This document shows, one piece after another, positions 18,274 to 28,272 of a stretch of DNA of 64,000 bases. The position numbers and the translations under genes were made by a program. The notes beneath the pieces were generated by a model. The model made no database searches. It worked only from the letters and a program-made list of their open reading frames with translations, and was not told the origin of the DNA. This DNA comes from Bacteroidaceae bacterium (GTDB lineage Bacteria; Bacteroidota; Bacteroidia; Bacteroidales; Bacteroidaceae): NCBI GenBank assembly GCA_017555585.1, contig JAFZGA010000005.1, positions 102,656 to 166,655 on the forward strand, written 5' to 3'. Position 1 is the first letter of the stretch, and every line of letters begins with the position of its first letter.

Positions 18274-19584
18274 ATGAGCGAAAATAAAAGGGCCTCGTTT
18301 GGAGGTAAGTTGAGTGTCATTCTGGTTGCGGCTGGCAGTGCCATCGGTCTTGGTGCGATATGGCGTTTCCCATATATAGCCGGGGAGAATGGTGGTGCGG
18401 CGTTTGTTCTTGTATTCTTGTTGAGTGTACTTGTGGTAGGTATACCTGCCATGCTTGCAGAATTTGCTATCGGTCGCTATACACGTAAAAATGCTGTCGG
18501 TGCGTTCCGTTCGCTTTCAAAGCGTTGGAGCTGGTTGGGATATGGTGGTGTGCTTTGTGCTCTGTTCATTTCGGGATATTACTATCTCATAGCCGGCTGG
18601 TCTTTGGAGTATCTTGTAAATTCAGCTACGGGTCAGCTATACAGTTCGTCTCTTTCTTTTACGGAACAATTTAAGGAGTTCCAGGCTTCATGGCGGCCGT
18701 TGATATATGGCGTGATTTTTATCCTTATGACATATTTCATCGTTTCACGCGGTGTCGAAAAGGGAATAGAAAAAGCTTCAAAGATAATGATGCCTTTGCT
18801 ATTTGTCATACTTATAGTGATGGCTGTACGCGTGGCGTTCATGCCGGGAGCTTCCGAGGGTTACCGCTTTTTCCTGTCGTGTGATTTTGCTCAAGCCTTC
18901 AAGCCTGAAACCATAATGATGGCCATTGGACAAGCATTCTTCTCGTTGTCGGTGGGTATGGGATGTATGGTGACATACTCTTCATATTTCAAGAGAAACA
19001 ACAACCTTGTCAACACATCGCTGAATGTGTCGTTGCTTACTCTGATGGTCTCTGTGCTTGCCGGTCTGGTTATATTCCCGGCTGTGTTCAGTGCCGGAAT
19101 AGAACCGTCCGAAGGACCGTCGCTCGTGTTTGTCACCTTACCCGAAATCTTCAACGGTATGCCTTTGGCACCGCTGTGGTCAACAATATTCTTTGTACTT
19201 GTGATGCTTGCTTCGTTGACATCGACAATATCATTCCACGAGGTTCTTACAGCCTATTTTGCCGAGGAGTTCAAGCTCTCAAGACGTGCTGCAGCCATAA
19301 CCACAACAGCTATATCGGTAGTATTGAGTCTGCTGACGTTCAGTAAACTGTTCGGTATTGACTATCTTGATATCTTTGACAAGCTTACGGCAAATGTGAT
19401 GATGCCTCTCGGCGCAATGTTCACCTGCGTGTTCGCTGCATGGTTCCTGGAGCGTGGCTTTATGAAAAACGAGCTTACGAATCAGAATACAATAAACCGT
19501 TATGTTGCTCCGGTCATAGTGTTCATGCTGAAGTACATCACTCCGTTGCTGATATTCTATATCTTCGTTATGAACCTTATCTGA
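18274..19584 (+). CDS. sodium-dependent transporter, NSS (SNF) family
   Basis: 436 aa, polytopic, with the N-terminal NSS signature GLGAIWRFPY. Confidence 0.85.
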   Translation: MSENKRASFGGKLSVILVAAGSAIGLGAIWRFPYIAGENGGAAFVLVFLLSVLVVGIPAMLAEFAIGRYTRKNAVGAFRSLSKRWSWLGYGGVLCALFISGYYYLIAGWSLEYLVNSATGQLYSSSLSFTEQFKEFQASWRPLIYGVIFILMTYFIVSRGVEKGIEKASKIMMPLLFVILIVMAVRVAFMPGASEGYRFFLSCDFAQAFKPETIMMAIGQAFFSLSVGMGCMVTYSSYFKRNNNLVNTSLNVSLLTLMVSVLAGLVIFPAVFSAGIEPSEGPSLVFVTLPEIFNGMPLAPLWSTIFFVLVMLASLTSTISFHEVLTAYFAEEFKLSRRAAAITTTAISVVLSLLTFSKLFGIDYLDIFDKLTANVMMPLGAMFTCVFAAWFLERGFMKNELTNQNTINRYVAPVIVFMLKYITPLLIFYIFVMNLI

Positions 19585-19586
19585 TA

Positions 19587-22067
19587 TCAGTCGCTGTAAT
19601 AGACTCTCTTTATTCTGTTTGATACGGAAGTAAGTACCTCGTAAGGTATAGTGTCGAGCCATTCAGCTATGGTCGTTACAGGCAGGCTGTCTCCGAAAAT
19701 CTCGACAGTGTCGCCCTCGTTGCACTCGATGCCTGTAACATCTACCATGCACACGTCCATGCAAATATTGCCTATGTACGGTGCTTGCTTGCCGTTTATC
19801 ATGCAGTATCCTCTGCCATTGCCGAGCCTGCGGTTAAGGCCGTCGGCATATCCTATAGGGAGTGCCGCTATACGGGAGTTGCGTGCAAGTGTTCCCCTGC
19901 GGCTGTAACCTACAGTCTCGTCTGCAGGAACATCGTGTATCTGCAGTATGATGGTTTTCAGTGTCGATATTGGAGCCAGCATACTATCTTTGCCTATAGG
20001 TGATATGCCGTAGAGTCCTATTCCCAAACGTACCATGTCGTATTGTGCATCGGTAAAGCGTTCTGCACCGGCACTGTTGCATATATGTCTAAGAATCTTT
20101 TGGGTAAATGCTGTTTGCAGCATGTCGGCGGCTCTTTCGAACCTTTCCATCTGTATTTTGCTGAAGCTGTCGAAAAGAGTGCTGTCACTTCCTGCAAAGT
20201 GCGAGAATACCGAACGTGGTGTGAGTGCGCTCTGTCGTTTAAGCGTGTCTATGAGTTGCGGCATCTCTTCGGGCAGGAAGCCGAGGCGGTGCATACCGGT
20301 ATCGATTTTGATATGTATCGGATAATCGGTTATTCCTTCGTGGCATGCTGCATGGATAAGTGATTTCAACATACCAAAGCTGTATACCTCCGGTTCGAGT
20401 TTGTTGTCGAACAGGGTGCTGTATGAACTTGGTTCCGGGTTCATTACTATTATACCGGTGGTAATACCCTCCCTACGCAGTTCTGCTCCCTCGTCGGCCA
20501 CGGCCACAGCAAGGTAATCGACATTGCACTCTTGTAGGGTGCGTCCAACCTCGAGCGAACCGGCACCGTATGCCGATGCCTTTACCATACAGACGGTTTT
20601 GGTGTCAGGCTTCAAATTGTTGCGGTATTGGTTGAGGTTGTCGCGCAATGCTCTCAGGTTCACTTCGAGAATGGTCTGGTGTACCTTCTTCTCGAGTGCC
20701 TCCGATACATCTTCGAAATGGAATGAGCGTGACCCTTTGATAAGAATGCACTCGTTCTCCATCTCACGGAGAATATGTGATGAGAGCAGTTCCTCGGTCG
20801 TGTTGAAGAAATGGCACTCTATCTCCGATTTCTTGAACTTAGAGGCTTGTGAATTGATATCCTTGCCTATTCCGATGAACTTCTCAATCTTTCTCTCTTC
20901 GAGATATTGCAGTACTATACGATAGAGTGTCTGTGCGCTTTCTCCTGTCTGCTTTATGTCAGCAAGTATGAGTGTGCGTTTCAGGTGGGGGAGTGTGCTG
21001 CTGCGGCGTTCCATGAAGTCGAGTGCAATATCAAGCGATGCCGTGTCGGAGTTGTAGCTGTCGTTTATGATGAGGCAACCACGTTTACCCTCCTTGACTT
21101 CAAGCCGCATGGCTACCGGCTCGAGTTGTGCCATACGTTCTGCAATGACATCGGCAGGTATCATCAGGTAGAGTGCAGCGGCAAGGCAGCTTATCGAGTC
21201 CTCTATCGATGCGTCGTCGAGGAATGGTATACGGTAGCTGTTCTCTATTGTCAGGTAGTTGTATCTTATGGTAGTGCCGGTATCATCCTTCTCTATCGAT
21301 TTTATATATAATGGACGTTCGGGGTCTTTCCGTGACCATGCTATCTCGCGCGACGGTAGGTGTGAGCGTGTTACACAACTTGCCAATAGTGCGTCATCGG
21401 CATTGTATATTATAATTTCACTCTTGCGGAACAGCGACAGTTTCTCCATGCATTTCTCCTGCATAGTACTGAAATTCTCCTGATGGGCACTGCTTATGTT
21501 TGTTACGATACCTATAGTGGGGTCGATGATGTGCTGTAGATTGTCCATCTCGTGCGTACGTGATATGCCGGCTTCGAAAATGCCGAGAGTACTCTCGCTG
21601 TTCAGTTTCCATATCGAAAGCGGTACACCAATCTGCGAGTTGTAGCTTCGTGGCGATCTTGTGACAGTGTAGTTCCCTGCTGTGAGCTGATATAGCCACT
21701 CCTTGACAATGGTCTTGCCGTCACTACCGGTAATGCCAATAATGGGTATGTCGAACAGCGAACGATGGCTTGCCGCAAGTGTCTGCAATGCTTTCAGGCT
21801 GTCGTCTACTATTATGAAATTGGCGTTGTCAAAATCTACGAAACCGTCTGTACGGTTGACAATGAAATTCCTGACACCCCTGTTGTAAAGTTCGTTTACA
21901 TAGTTGTGTCCGTCGCCATGTTTTGTCTTTATTGCGAAGAAGATTGTCTCTTCGGGAAAACTGAGTGAACGGCTGTCGGTCAGCAGGCGTGCTACTTTGC
22001 TCCCCGGTGTGGCAATCATTGCTTCGGCTCTCAGTATATCTTTTATTTGTTCAATAGTGTATTGCAT
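19587..22067 (-). CDS. bifunctional UDP-MurNAc-tripeptide:D-Ala-D-Ala ligase (MurF) / alanine racemase (Alr) fusion
   Basis: 826 aa. The N-terminal Mur ligase part carries the P-loop GITGSDGKT. The C-terminal part carries the PLP-Lys context VCMVKASAYGAG and GIGLYG. Confidence 0.9.
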   Translation of the reverse strand: MQYTIEQIKDILRAEAMIATPGSKVARLLTDSRSLSFPEETIFFAIKTKHGDGHNYVNELYNRGVRNFIVNRTDGFVDFDNANFIIVDDSLKALQTLAASHRSLFDIPIIGITGSDGKTIVKEWLYQLTAGNYTVTRSPRSYNSQIGVPLSIWKLNSESTLGIFEAGISRTHEMDNLQHIIDPTIGIVTNISSAHQENFSTMQEKCMEKLSLFRKSEIIIYNADDALLASCVTRSHLPSREIAWSRKDPERPLYIKSIEKDDTGTTIRYNYLTIENSYRIPFLDDASIEDSISCLAAALYLMIPADVIAERMAQLEPVAMRLEVKEGKRGCLIINDSYNSDTASLDIALDFMERRSSTLPHLKRTLILADIKQTGESAQTLYRIVLQYLEERKIEKFIGIGKDINSQASKFKKSEIECHFFNTTEELLSSHILREMENECILIKGSRSFHFEDVSEALEKKVHQTILEVNLRALRDNLNQYRNNLKPDTKTVCMVKASAYGAGSLEVGRTLQECNVDYLAVAVADEGAELRREGITTGIIVMNPEPSSYSTLFDNKLEPEVYSFGMLKSLIHAACHEGITDYPIHIKIDTGMHRLGFLPEEMPQLIDTLKRQSALTPRSVFSHFAGSDSTLFDSFSKIQMERFERAADMLQTAFTQKILRHICNSAGAERFTDAQYDMVRLGIGLYGISPIGKDSMLAPISTLKTIILQIHDVPADETVGYSRRGTLARNSRIAALPIGYADGLNRRLGNGRGYCMINGKQAPYIGNICMDVCMVDVTGIECNEGDTVEIFGDSLPVTTIAEWLDTIPYEVLTSVSNRIKRVYYSD

Positions 22068-23041
22068 CGCATTCTTTCATTGTCGAAGTTAAGGTACGGA
22101 TATTTTTCTTCAAATCCTTCGATTTTATTCAATAAATTGCACAGGAAATTCCTGTAACCGTCCGATGTGGCATCGAAAGGGCGGTGTCCTGTTGCGCGGA
22201 GTACCGCTTCGATCTCCTCATTGAGCTTTTGTGTATTCTCGTCGAAAAGGGCTTTTGAAAAACATTCCCATATATATTCCACAGCAACCGGTGACGGGTG
22301 CACCATGTCGTCGGTGTAGAAGCGGTAGTCTCGCAGTTCGTCAAGAACAATCTCGTATGCAGGGAAATAGCTTGTGTTGTCGGGGTAGAGCGACATTATC
22401 CTGTCTATGGCAAGCAATAATGTGGCTTTGCTCTTCTGGTTGTCGTGTGCCCCGTCGCGCAGGTGGCGTATTGGACTTACGGTGAATATGAATCTGATGT
22501 CAGGGTTGATGTTGCGGAACTTGATGATGACCTCCGCTGTGGCATCGACAATCTCGTCTATACTGAGCAGACGGCGCGTGAACATGCCCGAGGGCAGTTT
22601 GTGGCAATTCCCTACAACAATGTTGTCACTGTTGCGGGTGTATGCGTATGCCGTTCCGAATGTTATTATTACGGTGTCGTATATTCCTGCCTTTGAATGG
22701 CATCTGCCAAGGCTTCCGTTGATGGCTTCCAGAAGTTCCTCCCTGCTATTGCGTGACCAGTCGCTGTGATGCAGTATGCTGTGCCATTTTCCGCAATGTT
22801 CGAACAACTCCGGCGACTCCTGTGTGAACGGCTGTCCGTCGATAACCCTTGTGAACATAGTGGATATGGACAACGGGTTATACAGCACACCGAAAGGGTT
22901 TATGTCGATATTGAATTTCCTTTCGGCAAGCATTGCACCAATGTTGCTTGCAAAGCATGAGCCTGTAAGCAGCAGATTGTTCTTGTGGGTTATGCAATAT
23001 TTGCTTTTGGGAATTTCTATTGTTGTTCTGAAGCGTGTCAT
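22043..23041 (-). CDS. GSCFA-domain protein
   Basis: The literal motif LLLTGSCFASNIG is present. The start is trimmed to Met26 (MTRFRTTIEIP), but the alternative ATG at 23116 is not excluded. The gene overlaps the murF-alr start by 25 nt. Confidence 0.75.
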   Translation of the reverse strand: MTRFRTTIEIPKSKYCITHKNNLLLTGSCFASNIGAMLAERKFNIDINPFGVLYNPLSISTMFTRVIDGQPFTQESPELFEHCGKWHSILHHSDWSRNSREELLEAINGSLGRCHSKAGIYDTVIITFGTAYAYTRNSDNIVVGNCHKLPSGMFTRRLLSIDEIVDATAEVIIKFRNINPDIRFIFTVSPIRHLRDGAHDNQKSKATLLLAIDRIMSLYPDNTSYFPAYEIVLDELRDYRFYTDDMVHPSPVAVEYIWECFSKALFDENTQKLNEEIEAVLRATGHRPFDATSDGYRNFLCNLLNKIEGFEEKYPYLNFDNERMRCNTLLNK

Positions 23042-23147
23042 TGTGGTATGGTGTATTTTATCGCAAAGATACTTGCAAACGAGCGAAATAATATCAAGCT
23101 TGCTTGAATATTTCACAGTGAGTGCCGCCTATTTTCGCGATTTATCG

Positions 23148-23155
23148 CAAAAATA
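23148..23155 (-). promoter_or_regulatory. -7 box (TATTTTTG) for the GSCFA/murF-alr operon
   Basis: The minus strand reads TATTTTTG, matching TAnnTTTG. Confidence 0.35.
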
Positions 23156-23229
23156 GTCAACTTCATTAATAAATGTAGTATCTTTGTGCATAATTTGTGC
23201 AGAACGTGCTTGTTTGTAGCTTAAAATAT

Positions 23230-23237
23230 TATATTTG
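23230..23237 (+). promoter_or_regulatory. -7 box (TATATTTG) for dxs
   Basis: The plus strand reads TATATTTG, about 90 nt upstream of the dxs ATG. A second candidate, TATCTTTG, lies at 23179..23186. Confidence 0.4.
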
Positions 23238-23325
23238 CATGAATGCAACCGATAGGGTATCCTGTGAAACCCCTCTTCATTGCAGTATTTGAGTTATGGA
23301 CATTCATGTGTAAAACATTCATGAA

Positions 23326-25221
23326 ATGGAAAATATGACAAAATATCCTTTGCTCGGAAAGATAAACTCTCCTGCCGATCTCAGGCAGTTGCCCGAAGAG
23401 TCTCTGCCGCAGGTGTGTAGCGAGCTAAGGAACTTTATAATTGATTCATTGGCAAACAACCCCGGCCATTTCGCTTCAAGCCTTGGCTCGGTGGAACTTA
23501 CAGTTGCCTTGCATTATGTATTCTCGACTCCTGACGACAAGCTTGTTTGGGACGTTGGTCATCAGGCATACGGCCATAAGATACTCACCGGCCGCAGGGA
23601 CCTTTTCCATACCAACCGCAAGTTCGGCGGCATCAAACCGTTTCCATCACCCGATGAGAGCGAATATGACTCTTTTGTTGCCGGTCATGCTTCTAACTCG
23701 ATATCAGCAGCATTGGGCTTGTCGGTTTCGGCGAAGTTGCAGGGACGCGATGAACATGTGGTGGCTGTCATCGGTGACGGCTCAATGAGCGGTGGCTTGG
23801 CATACGAAGGACTGAACAACCTGTCGAACACTCCTAACAATCTGCTTGTTATCCTTAACGACAACAATATGTCCATCGACAAGAGTGTGGGCGGTATGAG
23901 CCAGTTGCTAATATCAATGCACTCGTCAAGGATATACAACAAGGTGCGTTATGCCATAGCCAAAGGGTTGCGCAAGGTCGGTCTCTTGAACGAACAGCGT
24001 GCCAATGCCCTTATACGCTTCAACAACGGACTGAAGGCAATGCTTTTCCGTCAGCAGAACATATTCGAAGGAATGAGTGCCCGCTATTTCGGTCCTATAA
24101 ACGGACACGATGTCCATGAGCTTGTGCGTATGTTGCGCAGTATCAAGGATATGACAGGTCCGCGCATGCTGCATATCCACACCACTAAAGGTAAAGGCTG
24201 GGAACCTGCCGAAAAGAATGCTACAGTATGGCATCAGCCCGGTATCTTTGATATCGAGACCGGTGAACGCATCGTGTCGGAAGGCGGTACACCGCGTTTT
24301 CAGGATGTCTTTGGCGATACCCTTGTTGAACTTGCAAAGGCCGATGAAAGAATCATCGGTATCACACCGGCAATGCCTACAGGCTGTTCTATGAACAAAC
24401 TCATGAACGAGTTGCCCGACCGTTTCTTTGATGTCGGCATAGCCGAAGGTCATGCGGTCACATTCTCTGCCGGCCTTGCAAAGGGTGGTGCCTTGCCGTT
24501 CTGTAATATCTATTCGTCGTTCATGCAACGCGGTTATGATAATCTCATCCACGATGTTGCATTGCAACGCCTTGATTTCGTGCTCTGTCTTGACAGAGCC
24601 GGCCTTGTAGGTGAGGACGGTCCTACACATCATGGAGCATTCGACCTTGCCTATCTGCGCCCGATACCTAACCTGACAATATCATCGCCTTACGATGAGC
24701 GTGAATTGCGCAGGCTTATGTTCACGGCAGTGCAACCAGGCATGGGTACATTCGTCATACGTTATCCACGCGGTAAAGGCTCTCTTGTTGACTGGCGCTG
24801 TCCGCTTGAGGCTGTCGAGGTGGGTAAAGGTCGTCTGATGAGAGAAGGCAACGATGTGGCATTCCTTACATTGGGTCCTCTCGGAAAGGTCATGGAAAGC
24901 GTACTCGATGAGGCTGCAAAGCAGGGTGTCAGCGTAGCACATTACGATATGCGTTTCCTCAAACCTATAGATACAGCTATCCTTCACGAGGTGGGCGAGA
25001 AGTTCAAGTATGTCGTTACTTTGGAGGACGGTTGCGTAAGCGGCGGTCTGGGCAGTGCTGTTATCGAATATATGGCCGAAAACGGATACAACCCAGCAAT
25101 AAAGGTTATGGGTATTCCCGACAAGTTCATAGAACATGGAACACCAGAGGAACTGTATCGCGTATGTGGCATGGATAAGGAGAGCGTTTTGCATACAATA
25201 CTAAAATTCAAGGAACTATGA
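23326..25221 (+). CDS. dxs: 1-deoxy-D-xylulose-5-phosphate synthase
   Basis: 631 aa with [12 protein letters not shown] and the TPP-binding motif [12 protein letters not shown], followed by transketolase-like Pyr and C-terminal domains. Confidence 0.95.
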   Translation: MENMTKYPLLGKINSPADLRQLPEESLPQVCSELRNFIIDSLANNPGHFASSLGSVELTVALHYVFSTPDDKLVWDVGHQAYGHKILTGRRDLFHTNRKFGGIKPFPSPDESEYDSFVAGHASNSISAALGLSVSAKLQGRDEHVVAVIGDGSMSGGLAYEGLNNLSNTPNNLLVILNDNNMSIDKSVGGMSQLLISMHSSRIYNKVRYAIAKGLRKVGLLNEQRANALIRFNNGLKAMLFRQQNIFEGMSARYFGPINGHDVHELVRMLRSIKDMTGPRMLHIHTTKGKGWEPAEKNATVWHQPGIFDIETGERIVSEGGTPRFQDVFGDTLVELAKADERIIGITPAMPTGCSMNKLMNELPDRFFDVGIAEGHAVTFSAGLAKGGALPFCNIYSSFMQRGYDNLIHDVALQRLDFVLCLDRAGLVGEDGPTHHGAFDLAYLRPIPNLTISSPYDERELRRLMFTAVQPGMGTFVIRYPRGKGSLVDWRCPLEAVEVGKGRLMREGNDVAFLTLGPLGKVMESVLDEAAKQGVSVAHYDMRFLKPIDTAILHEVGEKFKYVVTLEDGCVSGGLGSAVIEYMAENGYNPAIKVMGIPDKFIEHGTPEELYRVCGMDKESVLHTILKFKEL

Positions 25222-26555
25222 GAATCGTTATCGCCGGTGCAGGTGCTGTAGGAACACACTTGGCCAAGATGCTTTCGGTAGAAAACGAAAATGTTGTCCT
25301 GCTTGACGAGAGTGAGGAGAAACTCGGTAAGATGGAGTCTCTCTTCGATTTGCAGGCAATTGTGGGCGACCCTACAAAAATATCGGCGTTGAAGTCGGCC
25401 GGTGTCGACTCTGCGGAACTTTTCGTGGCTGTAACGCCCGACGAGAGCCGTAACATAACGGCATGTATCCTTGCTCACTATCTCGGTGCAAAGAAAACCA
25501 TTGCCCGTATCGATAACTATGAGTATTTGCAGCCCAAGCATAAGGCATATTTCGAGTCTTTGGGCGTGGATGCACTTATCTATCCCGAACAGCTCGCTGC
25601 CGAAGAGATTGCCACCAACATAAAATACTGTTGGATGCGTCAGATGCTCGAGTTCGGTGATGGAGCATTGGTGATGATAGGTGTCAAGATAAGGGAAAAT
25701 GCATCGATAAAGGATATTCCTCTTAAGGATTTCCCGAATGATATACCATATCATGTGGTTGCCATACAGCGTGGCGATGAAACGATTATACCACGTGGAA
25801 ATGATGCCATAATGGTCAACGACCTTGTCTGCTTCATGACAACGAGCGACAAGATACAGTACATGCGTTCCATCTGCGGAAAAGAGGAGTTTACCGAGGT
25901 GAACAGCCTCATAATCATGGGTGGCAGCCGCATTGCCGTACGTACCGCCAACCTCATTCCCGACAATGTGAACATAAAGATAATCGAGAGCGACCTCAAC
26001 CGTTGCCATAAGCTTCTTGAGCTTGTCGATGACAGGGTGATGATCATCAATGGTGATGCACGCGACCCCGAGCTACTGCGTAGCGAGGGCATTGACCGCA
26101 CCGATGCATTTGTAGCTCTTGGCGACAGCTCCGAAACGAATATCCTTGCCTGCATGGCGGCAAAACGTGGCGGAGTGTTCCGTACAATATCCGAAATAGA
26201 GAACATCGATTATATTTCAATGGCCGAAAGCATGGATATCGGCTCTGTAATCAACAAGAAGAAGATTGCTGCAAGTGCAATCTTCCAGATGATGCTCAAT
26301 ACCGATGTGCTTAGCGTCAAATGCCTTACATTCATTCAGGCTGTGGTTGCCGAATTCCCCGTGAACGAAGGTGACTACATAACCAAGAAACCGGTAAAGA
26401 ATCTCGGCTTGCCCGATGGTGCCAATATCGGTGGTCTCATACGTAACGGTGAGGGTATGCATGTTACCGGAAATACCATGATACAAGCCGGTGACCATGT
26501 GGTAATCTTCTGCCGCGAGCACATGCTCAAGAAATTGGAAAAATTCTTCAAGTGA
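25218..26555 (+). CDS. trkA: Trk system potassium uptake protein TrkA
   Basis: 445 aa with two RCK/NAD-binding halves ([12 protein letters not shown]; [12 protein letters not shown]). The start overlaps the dxs stop by 4 nt. Confidence 0.9.
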   Translation: MRIVIAGAGAVGTHLAKMLSVENENVVLLDESEEKLGKMESLFDLQAIVGDPTKISALKSAGVDSAELFVAVTPDESRNITACILAHYLGAKKTIARIDNYEYLQPKHKAYFESLGVDALIYPEQLAAEEIATNIKYCWMRQMLEFGDGALVMIGVKIRENASIKDIPLKDFPNDIPYHVVAIQRGDETIIPRGNDAIMVNDLVCFMTTSDKIQYMRSICGKEEFTEVNSLIIMGGSRIAVRTANLIPDNVNIKIIESDLNRCHKLLELVDDRVMIINGDARDPELLRSEGIDRTDAFVALGDSSETNILACMAAKRGGVFRTISEIENIDYISMAESMDIGSVINKKKIAASAIFQMMLNTDVLSVKCLTFIQAVVAEFPVNEGDYITKKPVKNLGLPDGANIGGLIRNGEGMHVTGNTMIQAGDHVVIFCREHMLKKLEKFFK

Positions 26556-28009
26556 TGTTTCATCCTAAAATTATATTCCGAATAATAGGCCTGTTGCTTT
26601 ATGTCGAAGCAATATTCTTGCTTGCCTGTGTGCCAGTAGCTTTGTATTATAGCGAGCCGGTAATGCGTCCGTTGCTCATATCCATTGCTTCAATGGTTGG
26701 TGTCGGTTCACTGTTCACATATCTGTGCAACGGTACCGAACGTAACATATCGCGCAAGGACGGCTACATTGTTGTAACGCTATGTTGGATAATATTCTCG
26801 TTGTTCGGCTCATTGCCCTATATGCTCACCGGGTATATCCCATCTTTTACCGACGCGTTCTACGAGACAATGTCGGGCTTCTCGACAACCGGAGCAACCA
26901 TTCTGCAGGATATCGAAGCCATGCCCAAGTCATTGCTCTTTTGGCGTATGATGACACATTGGGTCGGCGGTTTGGGAATCATCTTCTTTACCGTAGCCAT
27001 ATTCCCGATATTCGGCCTTAGCGACATTCACCTTTTTGCCGCTGAGTCGGTAGGTCCCATGCGTGCAAAGCTACACCCGAGAATAGCTGTTACTGCCCGC
27101 TGGATTCTCACTATATATGTAGGACTTACACTCATAGCTACCGTGTCATACCATTTTGCAGGTATGGGGTGGTTCGACTCGGTGTGCCATGCCATGTCGA
27201 CCATTGCCACTGGAGGTTTCTCGACCAAACAGGATAGTATAGCCGCATTCGATTCTCCAAAGATAGAATATGTCACCACACTGTTTATGTTCCTCAGCGG
27301 TATAAACATGTCGTTGCTCTATCTGTTCATCTTTAAGTTCCGTTTCAAGGAACTGTTGCGCGATACCGAGGCTAAGACATATGTCTCTATTGTAGCCATA
27401 TACACTGTTGCAATAACAATAGGATTGTATTTTACAACTCCGGCTGATGCCGAACAGTCGTTCCGTACAGCACTGTTTCAGGTGGTATCGGTGCAGACAA
27501 CAACGGGATTTGCAACAGCCAACTATGTGACATGGTTGCCTATATTGTGGCTCTTGCTGTGTTCACTCATGTTCTTCGGAGCATGTTCAGGCTCAACATC
27601 GGGAGCCATGAAATGTGTGCGTATATCAACCCTGTTCAAGGTGATGATAAACGAGTTCAAGCGTATTGTACATCCTAATGCTGTCATTCCCGTGCGCATG
27701 GCAGGCAAGGTTGTACCTACATCGGTGCAGTCGGCAATACTTGCCTATACCGTAATATATATATTCATGCTGATTATAGGTCTTGTAGTGAATATGTGCT
27801 TCGGTATGGACTTCCTTGATTCATTCGGCCTTTCCGTTGCATCGGTAGGTAATGTAGGTCCTGCGCTCGGTCACTATGGCCCTATGGATTCTTTTGCAAC
27901 ACTGCCTTGCGTGGTAAAATGGTTCAGTGCATTCCAGATGCTTGTAGGTCGTCTTGAGTTCTTTGCTGTGCTTCTGTTATTGACACCGGTGTTCTGGAAG
28001 AAGAGATAA
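26552..28009 (+). CDS. trkH: Trk-type potassium transporter membrane subunit TrkH
   Basis: 485 aa, polytopic, with selectivity-filter-like repeats (SGFSTTGAT, TGGFST, TTTGFAT, GNVGP). It overlaps trkA by 4 nt. Confidence 0.9.
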   Translation: MMFHPKIIFRIIGLLLYVEAIFLLACVPVALYYSEPVMRPLLISIASMVGVGSLFTYLCNGTERNISRKDGYIVVTLCWIIFSLFGSLPYMLTGYIPSFTDAFYETMSGFSTTGATILQDIEAMPKSLLFWRMMTHWVGGLGIIFFTVAIFPIFGLSDIHLFAAESVGPMRAKLHPRIAVTARWILTIYVGLTLIATVSYHFAGMGWFDSVCHAMSTIATGGFSTKQDSIAAFDSPKIEYVTTLFMFLSGINMSLLYLFIFKFRFKELLRDTEAKTYVSIVAIYTVAITIGLYFTTPADAEQSFRTALFQVVSVQTTTGFATANYVTWLPILWLLLCSLMFFGACSGSTSGAMKCVRISTLFKVMINEFKRIVHPNAVIPVRMAGKVVPTSVQSAILAYTVIYIFMLIIGLVVNMCFGMDFLDSFGLSVASVGNVGPALGHYGPMDSFATLPCVVKWFSAFQMLVGRLEFFAVLLLLTPVFWKKR

Positions 28010-28063
28010 GGTGTCACAAATTCTTGAAAACAGAAAACAATCAGAATATAAGGAGTGATATTT

Positions 28064-28216
28064 ATGAGTGTGGAATTTTATTCACAGAAAAGAGAAAGAT
28101 CCTTCTCTATTCTTTTGGGTTTATTAGTTTTATATTTTTATAGTGGTTATCCATCAGCAAACGGTAATAGTGGTGACCGTTGTAACGGCCGCCCTGTTCG
28201 TTCTGTATGTCAATAA
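28064..28216 (+). CDS. 50-codon orphan ORF, possibly a remnant of a FISUMP-domain gene
   Basis: It was hand-translated because it falls below the ORF-track cutoff: MSVEFYSQKRERSFSILLGLLVLYFYSGYPSANGNSGDRCNGRPVRSVCQ*. It is preceded by AAGGAG 7 nt upstream. The tail resembles the ...YLYF.SG.......GFSVRC end of FISUMP domains. Confidence 0.25.
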   Translation: MSVEFYSQKRERSFSILLGLLVLYFYSGYPSANGNSGDRCNGRPVRSVCQ

Positions 28217-28226
28217 CAGAAATATT

Positions 28227-28272
28227 AATAGAATAAATGAGATGAAGTGCACTTCATCTCATTTATTCTATT
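28227..28272. terminator. 46-nt perfect palindrome (23-bp arms) at the 3' end of the DUF4435-like gene
   Basis: aatagaataaatgagatgaagtg | cacttcatctcatttattctatt. The right arm contains the last codons and the stop of 28263..29258. Confidence 0.6.

Noticed and set aside
23240-23293. A 17-codon uORF (MNATDRVSCETPLHCSI*) in the dxs leader.
   Set aside because: It has no amino-acid bias suggesting attenuation and no alternative hairpins. It is probably fortuitous.
24984-26009. A 341-aa minus-strand ORF.
   Set aside because: It is antisense to the dxs 3' end and to trkA, both of which have unambiguous motifs. It is a shadow ORF.
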